Positions 46,660 through 58,029 of a stretch of 64,000 nucleotides of DNA are shown here, piece after piece. Both the position numbers and the translations under genes were made by a program. This DNA comes from Macrostomum lignano (Eukaryota): positions 1 through 64,000 of the forward strand of contig NIVC01003294.1 in assembly GCA_002269645.1 (NCBI GenBank), written 5' to 3'. Under the pieces are notes generated by a model. The model saw only the letters and a program-made list of their open reading frames with translations, had not been told where the DNA came from and did not search any database. Position 1 is the stretch's first letter. Each line of letters begins with the position of its first letter.

Positions 46660-47474
46660 CTTTGCAAATTCTCACAGCTTCTCCTCGAAATCTCATCTTC
46701 ATTCCATCTCATCTCAACTCAACAACTTCTCGACTCAATATCTCGACTCGACCCTGACCTCTCGAAAGCTTCTCTGCTGAACTCATGCCAGCTACAGCTC
46801 TACTGTCACGGGTCCTACAACTCTTAACAAATTCTCAAATCTCGAATCTCCTTCCGCTATCTCAGTTTGGCCTCGTCAGTAGAATCATAGAAATTCTGTA
46901 TTAATCTGCTCTTTAGGCCTTACTGCCCTTCCTTTCCTGCATGGCCTGACTCTCTGAACCTTTTTTGGCTCTTCTGAAAGCGTCATCGGCCTCTTCTTTC
47001 TGCCTTTGGCCAATCCGCAATTGGTCAGTATGCGTAGCTGTCCGCGCGTCATGCCAATCTCTGCAATCCAATCTTTTCGACAATTCTCTTCGCACAATTC
47101 TGCACAGTTCTCTCAGCATCAACTTCTCGTCAACTTCTCTGAGTAAAATAATCTTCCTTCAATGTTTTCAGTCCGAAATTGCAGTTCCCTGGCTTTCCTA
47201 AATAAGTTTCTTAGTAAAACGGCCCTTTTAAGGTCAAACGGCCCTTTTAAGGGTCACCTTCCTAAAATTTAATTATTTTATTTCTTTTAGACAGCTTATT
47301 TAATCAGTTGCCTTGCAATATGCCAACAAAATACCTCTTAATCAAATGTTTTTGGGTTTTTCTGAATTTTTTATTCGTTTTTATATTTATGCATATATAT
47401 TTGAAACATATTTACAGATTTGCTTTACAGACACTTTTAATTTGCTGATTCGCTTGAGTTCGCTCACTTTCTGA

Positions 47475-48053
47475 TTATGGCGGCTTCTGCTGGGCGTACC
47501 GATTGAAGTTGATTCGGCACTGGTGTCCTGCTTGAGGCCTAATGGGTCCTGGCTGGTTGCAGAAGAAGCAGTGACCAGGTGTCGGCTCTGGCCTGATTCC
47601 ACTGAATCTGTTCAGGCGGCGCGGTCTTGGCACTGACTGCTGCTGCTGCCCTGTCTTTGGTTCTAGGCTAATGTTTGTTAGCACGAAGGTCAAGGTCATT
47701 AGACACTCTACTAATGCATCAATTCCCTCTTTTCGGTTCTGCTGCTTCGGCTCAAATTCTTCGATTATTCGTCGCCTAATTTCCTGATACTGACTCTGCT
47801 CTTTTCTGTGACTGATTCGGCGTTTCAGTCCCTCTGGGATGTTTAGATTAGCAAAGAGAGCTTCCTTCTGTTTCTCGCCTGTAATCCCTTGGATTCTGCA
47901 CTGCTGCTCAAACGTGTTCATCCACTGCCTAATGTTCTGACCAGGTGTGAACTTTTCTACTTGCACTTCAGCCTCCTTCGATCCTAACTTGAGATGTTTC
48001 CTCAGTTCCTCTGCCAGCATGGCGATGGCATCATTAGCCTGATTCTGATTCAT
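47475..48053 (-). CDS. Gag-like protein with a degenerate CCHC zinc knuckle
   Basis: First ORF after the PBS; KFTPGQNIRQWMNTFE capsid-like motif; CFFCNQPGPIRPQA knuckle with the His and last Cys lost. Confidence 0.75.
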   Translation of the reverse strand: MNQNQANDAIAMLAEELRKHLKLGSKEAEVQVEKFTPGQNIRQWMNTFEQQCRIQGITGEKQKEALFANLNIPEGLKRRISHRKEQSQYQEIRRRIIEEFEPKQQNRKEGIDALVECLMTLTFVLTNISLEPKTGQQQQSVPRPRRLNRFSGIRPEPTPGHCFFCNQPGPIRPQAGHQCRINFNRYAQQKPP

Positions 48054-48141
48054 CTTTTCTCTACGAAAAACTTTTCAAATTATTCTTCGGAATTCTTCTG
48101 AATCTAGCTTTAAGAGTTCGCGCCGTTTCTCTAATCCTTAT

Positions 48142-48152
48142 CGCTGCCACCA
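48142..48152 (-). other. Primer-binding site complementary to a tRNA 3' end (CGCTGCCACCA, tRNA-Leu-like)
   Basis: TGGTGGCAGCG lies 2 nt inside the 5' LTR end. Confidence 0.8.
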
Positions 48153-48154
48153 GC

Positions 48155-48922
48155 TGTGACAGGCCTTTTGGCTCTGTCTTTCTAAACTTCTAACTATTAG
48201 TGTTTATTAAATATCCTACGAGCTGCCACCAAAGTTGTTACAGGCCTTTCACCTCTTACTTTATCAATTTTAATCCCACCGATTTGCCAACTACAGTTAT
48301 CCTGATTATACTTGCTTTTACTCCCTAACTATTTCTTAGAATTTCATTTAAATATTTCTGGGTAGCGTTCTTAGTAGCGTTTCTGGTAGCGTTCTTAGTA
48401 GCGTTTCTGGTAGCTTATGGCTTGCTTTCTGGTAGCGTTCTAGTAGCTTATGGCCTGAGCGGTCTAGTACTGGTATATGTATTAGTGTATAGTCCTAATC
48501 GGGCGTTCACCGAGACTAGAGGGTCACGGCGCCTCTCTTGGTATATCTCCAAGAATTAGTCCCAATTCCCTTCTCTTAGCAAATTTCTTAGAATCGTTTC
48601 ACAGGTTTTGCAAATAAATAAGTCGCTATTTAGCTCAAAGACTTTGAAATGGTTTAGATTGAACTGCTTATTCTGTTCGCAATTATTTGCTCACGAGTAA
48701 AAGACAGTTAGAGTATATTTGTCGCAAAACCGCTCCTATATATAGTGATTTTTCCCACATACGATTAAAACAAAAAAATAATTCTCCAATTTATTTCGCG
48801 CATTAAAACAAACTATTATTTGGCGTTCGCGTAGATTCAGTTTCTAAGAAAGATTCGAATATACAGTTATTACATTGAAAGAACATTCGAGTATACTATG
48901 ATAAAGGCATAGCACTAGTACA
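48155..48922 (-). repeat. 5' LTR (768 bp)
   Basis: Direct repeat of 43868-44623, followed by the PBS. Confidence 0.95.
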
Positions 48923-49227
48923 TTTAGGCCTACCATGAAATTGTTCAAGCCTACAAGCTATATATCAAGTTATAGCACTTGAAACTCTAAATTAAAAGTT
49001 TATAGGCCTACTTTTAGGCCTAATATATAGCCAGTTTGCTTTTTGCTAGTTTGTCTCTGAAATAGCTAAATAAGTGTTTTGTCTACATATGTTATGGCTA
49101 TTATGGCTAAATAGTTAAACAACTGTTCCTAGTTGCACTTGCACTGATAATTTTATAGTTGGCTTATCTTAATAAAACTTATAAAAGCATAGGCCCTAGT
49201 GTTTTTGTCCATTGGATAGTGTTCCAA

Positions 49228-49540
49228 TGGATGGGTTATAGTCTAATAGTTAAAGTGTTGGACTCACAACTTGAAGATTATGGGTTCAATTCCTAATCCA
49301 ACTGAAAAAATTGTGTCCTTGAGCAAGACACTTAATTCTATATTGTTTCAGCTTACCTAGCTATAAAATAGTTGCTAGCATTAGCTGGGATAATTGAGGC
49401 TATGTGGTGCCCCTCCCCTCCCCCTAGTCCTTAGATTGAATAGCCATATGCAGCCTTTAGATATGCTATGCAATAGCTGTTGCTAAGCTGTCAGTTGCAA
49501 ATCTGCCCATTATGGCAATTTTGTTATCAATTATTATTAA
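49228..49540 (+). mobile_element. Heavily C->T/G->A-mutated SINE family A copy
   Basis: Colinear with the 19.6-kb and 55.8-kb copies (GTGTCCTTGAGCAAGACACTTAA intact); zero CpG remains. Confidence 0.85.
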
Positions 49541-49542
49541 CA

Positions 49543-50166
49543 CAAGGGTTGTCCCAGAAATAGCAAGAAAAACCAGTACAGAGGCTGATTATGATATTCA
49601 AAATTGATGCAACTTGTGTCATAAGTTTAAAAAAATCCAATGGTTGTTTTGCTTTTTAAATGGGGTAAAAAGGTCAATTGATTTAAAAGTTGTGCCTATA
49701 ATTTAAACAATGGAAAGGGGATATAGAGTTAAACCAAATCGAGCCTACTGCTAACCATAGACTAAACTTTTGATGTTTAGTCAGAACCATCGATTCAAAA
49801 ACAAAAGCAAACAAAGAAGCTGAAGAGAAACAAGAGAGCACATAAGCTCTCAAAAAAGCAGAAGCTAATCTGAAGCAGAAGCAGAACAGCTGCAGGCTGA
49901 GGGGTGACTTTGTTGAAAAGTCATCAGTTAAGGGCAATGGCGATGCTGCGTGACCAACTTTGCAGACCCCTCGACTTGGTGTAACTCTACCCCTACCCTT
50001 TGTTCTATTTATAGACACAACTTTTGAATGAATTGACATTTTACCCCATTTAAAAAGCAAAACAACCGTTGGATTTTTTTCTACTTATGACGCAAGTTGC
50101 ATCAAATTCAAATGTCATAGTCAGCCTCTGTACCAGTTTTTCCCACTATTTCTGGGACAACCCTCG
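49543..50166. mobile_element. Tc1/mariner-like MITE with ~160-bp inverted arms
   Basis: Arms 49543-~49705 and ~50005-50166. The right end reads TA|CGAGGGTTGTCCCAGAAA in reverse complement (mariner-type terminus); the left TA has decayed to CA. Confidence 0.8.
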
Positions 50167-50501
50167 TATTATTAGTATTGCATTTATTTGTTTACAAAAT
50201 CGATTAGCAATCATGTATATATTATTAATAGGCATCTCAAATATCTTTGTACCAATGATGTTAATTGATACTCTGATCAAACAAGTAAATATATTATCTG
50301 GACTATAAATTAGTCATTTTATTCATTTAGCATATTTTTTATGGCTTGTGTAACAATCAATTAATTAATCTGCTCCCATGTCCAATTTTGTCCTTGTACT
50401 TGTAATGTATGCTTGTATTTATCTAAATCTGTGCTAGTTCGTTCTAAAATGAATATGCGCTCCACTCACTACTAAACCTTCAGCTCCATCAGTAGCCAGT
50501 C

Positions 50502-52828
50502 ATGGGTGTACGCGGCCTGAAGAAGCACCTGAAGCGGGTGAACGCCCCCCGGCACTGGATGCTGGACAAAATGTCCGGCTGCTTCGCCCCCAAGCCGGCC
50601 GCTGGGCCGCACAAAATGCGCGAATGCCTGCCGCTGTGCCTGTTCCTGCGCAACCGGCTGAAGTACGCGCTCACTTACAAGGAGACCACCAAGATTCTGG
50701 CGCAGCGCTCTATTAAGGTGAGTCTCGTCTCTCGCTCGCTGTTTTCTTTTGGAAGAGGCAGAGATTGTAGTGATAAAAATAATATATCGAGATGGGATGA
50801 GAGGAGATAAATGAGGAGATGGGTGAGATTGGAGGGCGGAAGGCGTGAGATTGGATGATGGAAAGGGTGAGATTGGAAGGCGGAAGGGGTGAGATTGGAG
50901 GGCGGAACTGGTGAGGTTGCTGGGCGGAACTGGTGAGGTTGCTGGGCGGAACTGGTGAGGTTGCTGGGCGGAACTGGTGAGGTTGCTGGGCGGAACTGGT
51001 GAGGTTGCTGGGCGGAGCTGGTGAGATTAGAGGGTGGAAAGGATGAGATTGGAGGGCGGGAACTGGTGAGATTGGAGGGCGGGAACTGGTGAGATTGGAG
51101 CGTGGAAAGGGTGAGATTTGAGGGTGGAAAGGGTAAGCTTGGAGGGTGGAAGGGTGATATTAGAGGACAAAAGGGATTATTTTAGAGAGTGGAACGGGTG
51201 AGATTAGAGGGCGGAAGGAATGAGACCGGGTTGTTAATAGATCATATTGGAGGTAAAAAAGTGTAGGCCGAATAAAAGACAGAGATGACAAACATTAAAA
51301 AAAATTTGACACATGTCAAGTAAAGCCGCTTTGACACGTGTCAAGAGGTGCATGAATTTGACTTCGGTGTCAGATCAGGTTGGCTATAAAGATGTCCCCC
51401 GTCTTGGCGCCCTGCTCAGGTGGACGCCCGCGTCCGCACGGACAAGCGATTCCCGGCCGGCTTCATGGACGTCATCAGCATCGAGCGGACTGGCGAGAAC
51501 TACCGCCTGATCTACGATGTGAAGGGTCGCTTCGCCTTGCACGCGATCACCCCGGAGGAGGCCAAGTATAAGCTGTGCCGCGTGCGCAGGTGAGCGGGGT
51601 GGGAGAGTTCGTTTAGCTTTGTCACACAACCGGCGAGAGGCATTGCTGCCCATTCCGCCGACTCCCCCTGAGCAGGCACACACACAGGAGTGTACAGCGG
51701 CCCTAACTTTATTTATCGTTAGGCATGTACACTTCACTGTGCCCTGGGGTTGGCCTCAAGGCCGTTAATTGCACAAGCAGAGCCAAGCTGAGATTCCAGT
51801 TTAGCCCCAAATTAATGCAACTGCACTTGGAATCGAGCCCGGGCCGCTGGCATATCAGAGCGCCGCGCTGGACCACTGGGCTATGCCCCCCCCCGATGTG
51901 AATTACAAAATTACAAAAAAGTTTTCGTCCATAGGAAGTTTCTCAATTTGTGCTGCACCATCAACTTAACGAAGCTGAAGTTGGCACCAAATTGAGGGCA
52001 CAGAGAGTGTAGTACTCAAGCTACCAGTAGTAAACTCCAATCGCCAGAATCCCATTCCCTGAAATCCATCAGCTGAATCCTCTCCAACTTCTCTATAAAA
52101 CATCTCAAATTTAAGTATCATATCTTGCTTTCCCTGTGTGCAGAAATTGACTGCCTCAGACTGAGACTTTTTCTGACTCCTCTCTCCTCTCTGTTCTCAT
52201 CGCTCCTCTCCCATCTCTACTCTCTTATCTATCAATTCTCATCTCTCCTCTCCCTTTTATCGCTTGTCTCTCCTCCCTACGAAGGGACCTCTCCCCTATT
52301 CTCTCCTCCCTCCACTATCATCTCTCATCTCTACTCTCTTATCTCTCGTCTCTCCTCTACCTTGTAGTCACTAAAGCTACTGATATGTATCGATAATAAG
52401 TTCACAAAGCTGGCACACATCACCGCAGGGTGGCCACCGCCCATGGCAACGTGCCGCTGCTCAACACGCACGACGCCCGCACCATCCGGTACCCGGACCC
52501 GATGGTGAAGGTCAACGACACGATCAGGGTGGACCTGGCCACCGGCAAGATCATCGACTTCGTGAAGTTCGAGCCCGGCAACCTGTGCATGATCACCGGC
52601 GGCGCCAACACCGGCCGAGTTGGCGTCATCACCCACAAGGAGCGTCACCCGGACTTTGACATTGTGCACGTGAAGGACTCGCTTGGCCACACCTTCGCCA
52701 CTAGGGAGAGCAACGTCTTCGTCATTGGCAAGGGCAACCAGCCCTGGGTGTCGCTGCCGCGCGGCAAAGGCGTCAAGCTGAGCATCGCCGAGGAGCGCGA
52801 CCGCCGCCTGGCTGTCACCCGCAAGTGA
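50502..52828 (+). CDS. RPS4: 40S ribosomal protein S4 (eS4), 261 aa
   Basis: Exons 50502-50717, 51420-51589, 52429-52828 with GT-AG junctions in frame. Motifs [66 protein letters not shown]; AATAAA at 52948. Confidence 0.98.
50820..51220. repeat. Intronic G-rich minisatellite (~20-22-bp GGTGAGATTGGAGGGCGGAA / GGTGAGGTTGCTGGGCGGAACT)
   Basis: RPS4 intron 1. Confidence 0.85.
51620..51894 (-). mobile_element. SINE family B copy in RPS4 intron 2
   Basis: Reverse complement matches the 39860 and 58663 copies (TAGCCCAGTGG...GGCTCGATTCCAAGTGCAG...AAAGTTAGGGCCGCTGTACAC). Confidence 0.88.
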
Positions 52829-53064
52829 GCGAGCGGTCTCTGTCACCAATGGCTAACCTGCGGAGAAGTTTGCTTTGAAATCTGAGATTTTTGGAACTCG
52901 TTTCACGCTATTGTCTGGTTAATGCTTTTTGAGGGTAGGAGAACATTAATAAAATAACAAATTGGCTATCGGCCGTTTGGCTGGTTGGTTTGTTTCGAGT
53001 GAATCTTTGGCCTGGATTGAAACTGATTTTGTTTGACTGGCTTCTCTTTTCCTTTTTTACAAGA

Positions 53065-54870
53065 CACCAGATATCTTGGTACTACTCTGAGACACCAAAT
53101 ATCTTGGTACTACTCTGAGACACCCTGGAGATATCTTGATACTATTCTGAGACACCCTGGAGATATCTTGGTACTACTCTGAGACACCCTGGAGATATCT
53201 TGGTACTACTCTGAGACACCCTGGAGATATCTTGGTACTACATTAAGACACCTTCAGCACTCATGACACCTTGGTACTACTCTGAGACACCAGACACCTT
53301 GGTACTACTCTGAGACACCCTGGAGATATCTTGGTACTACTCTGAGACACCCTGGAGATATCTTGGTACTACTCTGAGACACCAGATACCTTGGTACTAC
53401 TCTGAGACACCAGACACCTTGGTACTACTCTGAGACACCAGATACCTTGGTACTACTCTGAGACACCAGACACCTTGGTACTACTCTGAGACACCAGATA
53501 CCTTGGTACTACTCTGAGACACCCTGGAGATATCTTGGTACTACTCTGAGACAGCAGACACCTTGGTACTACTCTGAGACACCCTGGAGATATCTTGGTA
53601 TTACTCTGAGACACCAGACACCTTGGTACTACTCTGAGACACCCTGGAGATATCTTGGTACTACTCTGAGACACCCTGGAGATATCTTGGTACTACTCTG
53701 AGACACCCTGAAGATATCTTGGTACTACATTAAGACACCTTCAGCACTCATGACACCTTGGTACTACTCTGAGACACCAGACACCTTGGTACTACTCTGA
53801 GACACCCTGGAGATATCTTGGTACTACTCTGAGACACCCTGGAGATATATTGGTACTACTCTGAGACACCAGATACCTTGGTACTACTCTGAGACACCAG
53901 ACACCTTGGTACTACTCTGAGACACCAGATACCTTGGTACTACTCTGAGACACCAGACACCTTGGTACTACTCTGAGACACCCTGGAGATATCTTAGTAT
54001 TACTCTGAGACACCAGACACCTTGGTACTACTCTGAGACACCCTGGAGATATCTTGGTACTACTCTGAGACACCAGACACCTTGGTACTACTCTGAGACA
54101 CCCTGGAGACATCTTGGTACTACTCTGAGACACCAGACATTTTGGTACTACTCTGAGACAGCAGACACCTTGGTACTACTCTGAGACACCAGACACCTTG
54201 GTACTACTCTGAGACACCAGACACCTTGGTACTACTCTGAGACACCAGACACGTTGGTAATACTCTGAGACAGCAGACACCTTGGTACTACTCTGAGACA
54301 CCAGACACCTTGGTACTACTCTGAGACACCAGACACGTTGGTAATACTCTGAGACACCAGACACCTTGGTACTACTCTGAAACACCCTGGAGATATCTTG
54401 GTACTACTCTGAGACACCAGATATCTTGGTACTACATTAAGACACCTTCAGCACTCATGACACCTTGGTACTACTCTGAGACACCAGACACCTTGGTACT
54501 ACTCTGAGACACCCTGGAGATATCTTGGTACTACTCTGAGACACCCTGGAGATATCTTGGTACTACTCTGAGACACCCTGGAGATATCTTGGTACTACTC
54601 TGAGACACCAGACACCTTGGTACTACTCTGAGACACCCTGGAGATATCTTGGTATTACTCTGAGACACCAGACACCTTGGTACTACTCTGAGACACCCTG
54701 GAGATATCTTGGTACTACTCTGAGACACCAGACACCTTGGTACTACTCTGAGACACCCTGGAGATATCTTGGTACTACTCTGAGACACCAGACACCTTGG
54801 TACTACTCTGAGACACCAGACACCTTGGTACTACTCTGAGACACCTCAGCATTCCTGACACCTTGGTGTT
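53065..54870. repeat. Minisatellite with mixed 28- and 32-bp units CTTGGTACTACTCTGAGACACC(AGACAC/CTGGAGATAT)
   Basis: About 1.8 kb, with a visible higher-order duplication of blocks. Confidence 0.96.
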
Positions 54871-55369
54871 ACTTCTGTACATGAAACAGACAAAAACCAA
54901 GTGCGAACAAATATTTGAGAAATTACTAGTATGCATTTCGTGCAGTCTTGCCGATTTAGTTTAGTTTTTGTATGTGTGCTACTACTTTCAGAAAGAAACT
55001 CCTACAAGTACTCGTATGAAGGACACTTTACATTACAAGTAAATTTTACGTTTAGGGATTCCACTCTTACATTATACCTCTAGCTCTATGCTTGAACACG
55101 CACGTATGTGTTATCGCTAAGAAGCCTTGCCAAAAATGAATAGCAATACACTAGCGTACTAAAATGTATCCCACGCAGCTAGCTCTTATCTAATGCATGT
55201 AACTATACACACCCCAGTTAAGTTCGTATGCGTATAAATTGTAAATTACAGGGCAGTGATTTAACAAGCTTCCTAAATAGCCACTTTTAGCCGGTGCCTC
55301 GAGAATTGCACGGAAACTATTCTTGAAAGCAAAGATTTTAAGCGAAGCCTTTTAAACAAATCAATAATC

Positions 55370-57275
55370 ATGGAGCCTCCGTTTCGTTGCTTCCGACTTC
55401 ACCGGCCCGACCTAGCGGCCGTGGCTGACTGCCTCGATCGAGCCTGTCGAGACGCTTTCGAAGACGCTAGCGTTGAGTTAATTGACAGCTGTCCGGATTT
55501 GTCCGAGCCTCCGTTTTGCCTGGCCGGCCGAGGCATCTGCGGCGGCGGAGGAGAGAACAGCGGCCCTGTGCTTCTATAGCTGGCGGGGTGCCGTATCTGC
55601 TGCCGACGCCTCAGGTGGAGCAAAGGTTTGGCACTCAACCATGTGGGTTCGATTCCGCCTTAATTAGCTTGTTATTGGATTATTCATGCCCATTGCATGG
55701 GGTCACATACCCAATTCAAAGACTGACTGTGAGTCCTGTGACGGCGTAACTGTACGCGTGCAACATGGGGTTGCAGCCTAGCGGTAGCTAGAGCGTCGGA
55801 CTCACGACTTTAAGGCCGGGGTTCGAATCTCGACCCACTCAAAACAATTTGTGTCCTTGAGCAAGATACTTAAAACTCTGCATTCACCCAGCTGTAAAAT
55901 TGGTACCAGCATTAGCTGGGTTAATTGACGGTATGTGGCGACCCCCCAGTCCTTGGACTGAACAGCCGTACGCAGCCTTCAGATGCGCCGTGCAATGGCT
56001 GCGGCTGAGCTGTCGGTGGCACATCTGCCCATTAGGTCATTCTTGAGTGTGCTTAAGGATCAACAAGGATATGCATTCTGTACATGAAACCGTTTGTTAC
56101 TTTACTGACTGAGTCTACTGTCTGCATTTACTACTTGTACTTTAAAGTATGGTAACGTTTGGTATGGTATAATGACGTAACTTTATAAGTATGGTGTACG
56201 TACAGGTAATTGACGTCTGACTTGACTTGAAAGGATATTGTCGGATCTAAGTCGTCCGGAAAATTCTACTTTCTAGATTTTGCCTATGACCATTCACCAC
56301 TTGTACTTTTATCCTCCCACCTTTGTTTTGCCCTGATTTGGACACCAATTCCTTTGAGAAAGAGAAATTTCCTTTGAGAAGGACACCATTTCCTTTGAGA
56401 AGGACACCACTTCCTTTGAGAAGGACACCAATTCCTTTGAGAATGACACCATTTCCTTTGAGAAGGACACCAATTCCTTTGAGAATGACACCATTTCCTT
56501 TGAGAAGGACACCGTTTCCTTTAAGAAGGACATCATTTCCTTTGAGAAGGACACCATTTCCTTTAAGAAGGACACCAATTCCTTTGAGAATGACACCATT
56601 TCCTTTGAGAATGACACCGTTTCCTTTAAGAAGGACATCATTTCCTTTGAGAAGGACACCATTTCCTTTAAGAAGGACACCGTTTCCTTTGAGAAGGACA
56701 CCGTTTTTTTTTAGAAGGACACCATTTCCTTTGAGAAGGACACCGTTTCCTTTGAGAAGGACACCGTTTCCTTTGAAGACAGGATTTCTTTGAGAATGAT
56801 ATTTTCTTTTGACCTTGATAGTTAGCACAGTGAAAATATATACAGTGAAAATCAATTAGTTAACTCTAAATTTTCAGACGCTACGACCTGCGCAACTTGC
56901 TGAAAGCGACCGGCCATCTTGACGGTCTCATCATCGGCGCTGGCGCTGCTTCGTCGACCAGATTTGGGCGCAACGCTGAGCTCGTGGCCAACCTGGGCCC
57001 GCTAGGCAACGGATGTCGGGTGGCCAGCCTCCGAGCTGATGGTGAAGACGATGGCACTGAAAATCTGGCTAATTGTCGGTTGAGCAGGCCAGATTTTGCC
57101 GAGGCCGGTCTTATGGTGGACTCTTTGTGCTCCAGCGGCCAGACTGACGGCCCAGTCCTTCGGCTGCGAGCTTCTCGATGGCGTCCGGAGGCTGCGACAC
57201 CAGATGAGTCGGCGGCCAAGACAAGAGGCCGCCTGGCGGAGCTGCTGCAACGAGCGCTCGCCAAAGAGTTCTCGG
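55370..57275 (+). CDS. C11orf54: C11orf54/PTD012-like ester hydrolase (DUF1907), first two exons, copy A
   Basis: Exon 1 55370-55625 (CPDLSEPPFCLAGRGICG...GGVPYLLP, frameshift ~55540-55575); exon 2 56878-57275 (RYDL...IIGAGA...LANCRLS). Junction CAA AG|gtttgg...ttttcag|A CGC is in phase. The 3' exons were not found. Confidence 0.82.
55767..56033 (+). mobile_element. SINE family A copy in C11orf54 intron 1
   Basis: A-box CAGCCTAGCGG, B-box GGTTCGAATC, and the conserved central domain. Confidence 0.88.
56340..56790 (+). repeat. Minisatellite, 21-bp unit ATTTCCTTTGAGAAGGACACC
   Basis: Upstream of C11orf54 exon 2. Confidence 0.95.
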
Positions 57276-57314
57276 GTGAGTAGAGAATATAAGTGTTTAC
57301 CTTGGTCTCCTTCT

Positions 57315-57750
57315 CAAGTGAAATGGTGTCCTTCTCAAAGGAAACGGTGTCCTTCTCAAAAGAATTGGTGTCCTTCTCAAAGGAAATGGTGTCCTCAAAA
57401 GAATTGGTGTCCTTCTCAAAGGAAATGGTGTCCTCAAAAGAATTGGTGTCCTTCTCAAAGGAAATGGTGTCCTTAAAAGAATTGGTTTCCTTCTCAAAGG
57501 AAATGGTGTCCTCAAAAGAATTGGTGTCCTTCTCAATTAAATGGTGTCCTCAAAAGAATTGGTGTCCTTCTCAAAGGAAATAGTGTCCTCAAAGGAAATG
57601 GTGTCCTTCTCAAAGGAAATTGTGTCCTTCTCAAAGGAATTTGTGTCCTTCTCAAAGGAATTTGTGTCCTTTTCAAAGGAATTTGTGTCCTTCTTAGAGA
57701 AAATGGTGTCCTCAAAGTAAATGGTGTCCTTCTCAAGATAGTTGGTGTTC
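57315..57750 (-). repeat. Same 21-bp minisatellite in inverted orientation (GGTGTCCTTCTCAAAGGAAAT)
   Basis: Downstream of C11orf54 exon 2; its unit is the reverse complement of the 56340-56790 unit. Confidence 0.95.
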
Positions 57751-58029
57751 TTCTGAAAGTAAAGTAAGTTAACTTTTGAGTAAAGTATTTTTAAGCTGTT
57801 GTACGACGTTACGTAGTTACTATTTTATCACATGATGAGAAAATTCAAGGTTGTATATTTGTTTATTTGCATTTTTCATACCGTCTTGTGGCGTCTGAGT
57901 TTATGGTAAAAATAATAAAATTACAACTTTTTGACTACATATTGCTTCTATACCAATCATACGTTTCAGTCCAATTGACTGGTTTCCAATTAAAGGAAAC
58001 CAGTCAATGTCGATTTTTCCCAACTTTGA

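Larger units (their letters stand above)
43868..48922 (-). mobile_element. LTR retrotransposon (Ty3/Gypsy-like), non-autonomous: gag plus extra ORF, no recognisable pol
   Basis: Near-identical LTRs 43868-44623 and 48155-48922 (TG...CA, 12-bp indel); 4-bp TSD TTTA; PBS TGGTGGCAGCG (48152-48142); PPT AGAGGAGGAAAGT (44636-44624). Confidence 0.95.

Noticed and set aside
50790-52365. Complementary GA-rich (intron 1) and CT-rich (intron 2) tracts around RPS4 exon 2
   Set aside because: Complementarity is only loose and compositional, unlike the exact inverted unit at C11orf54.
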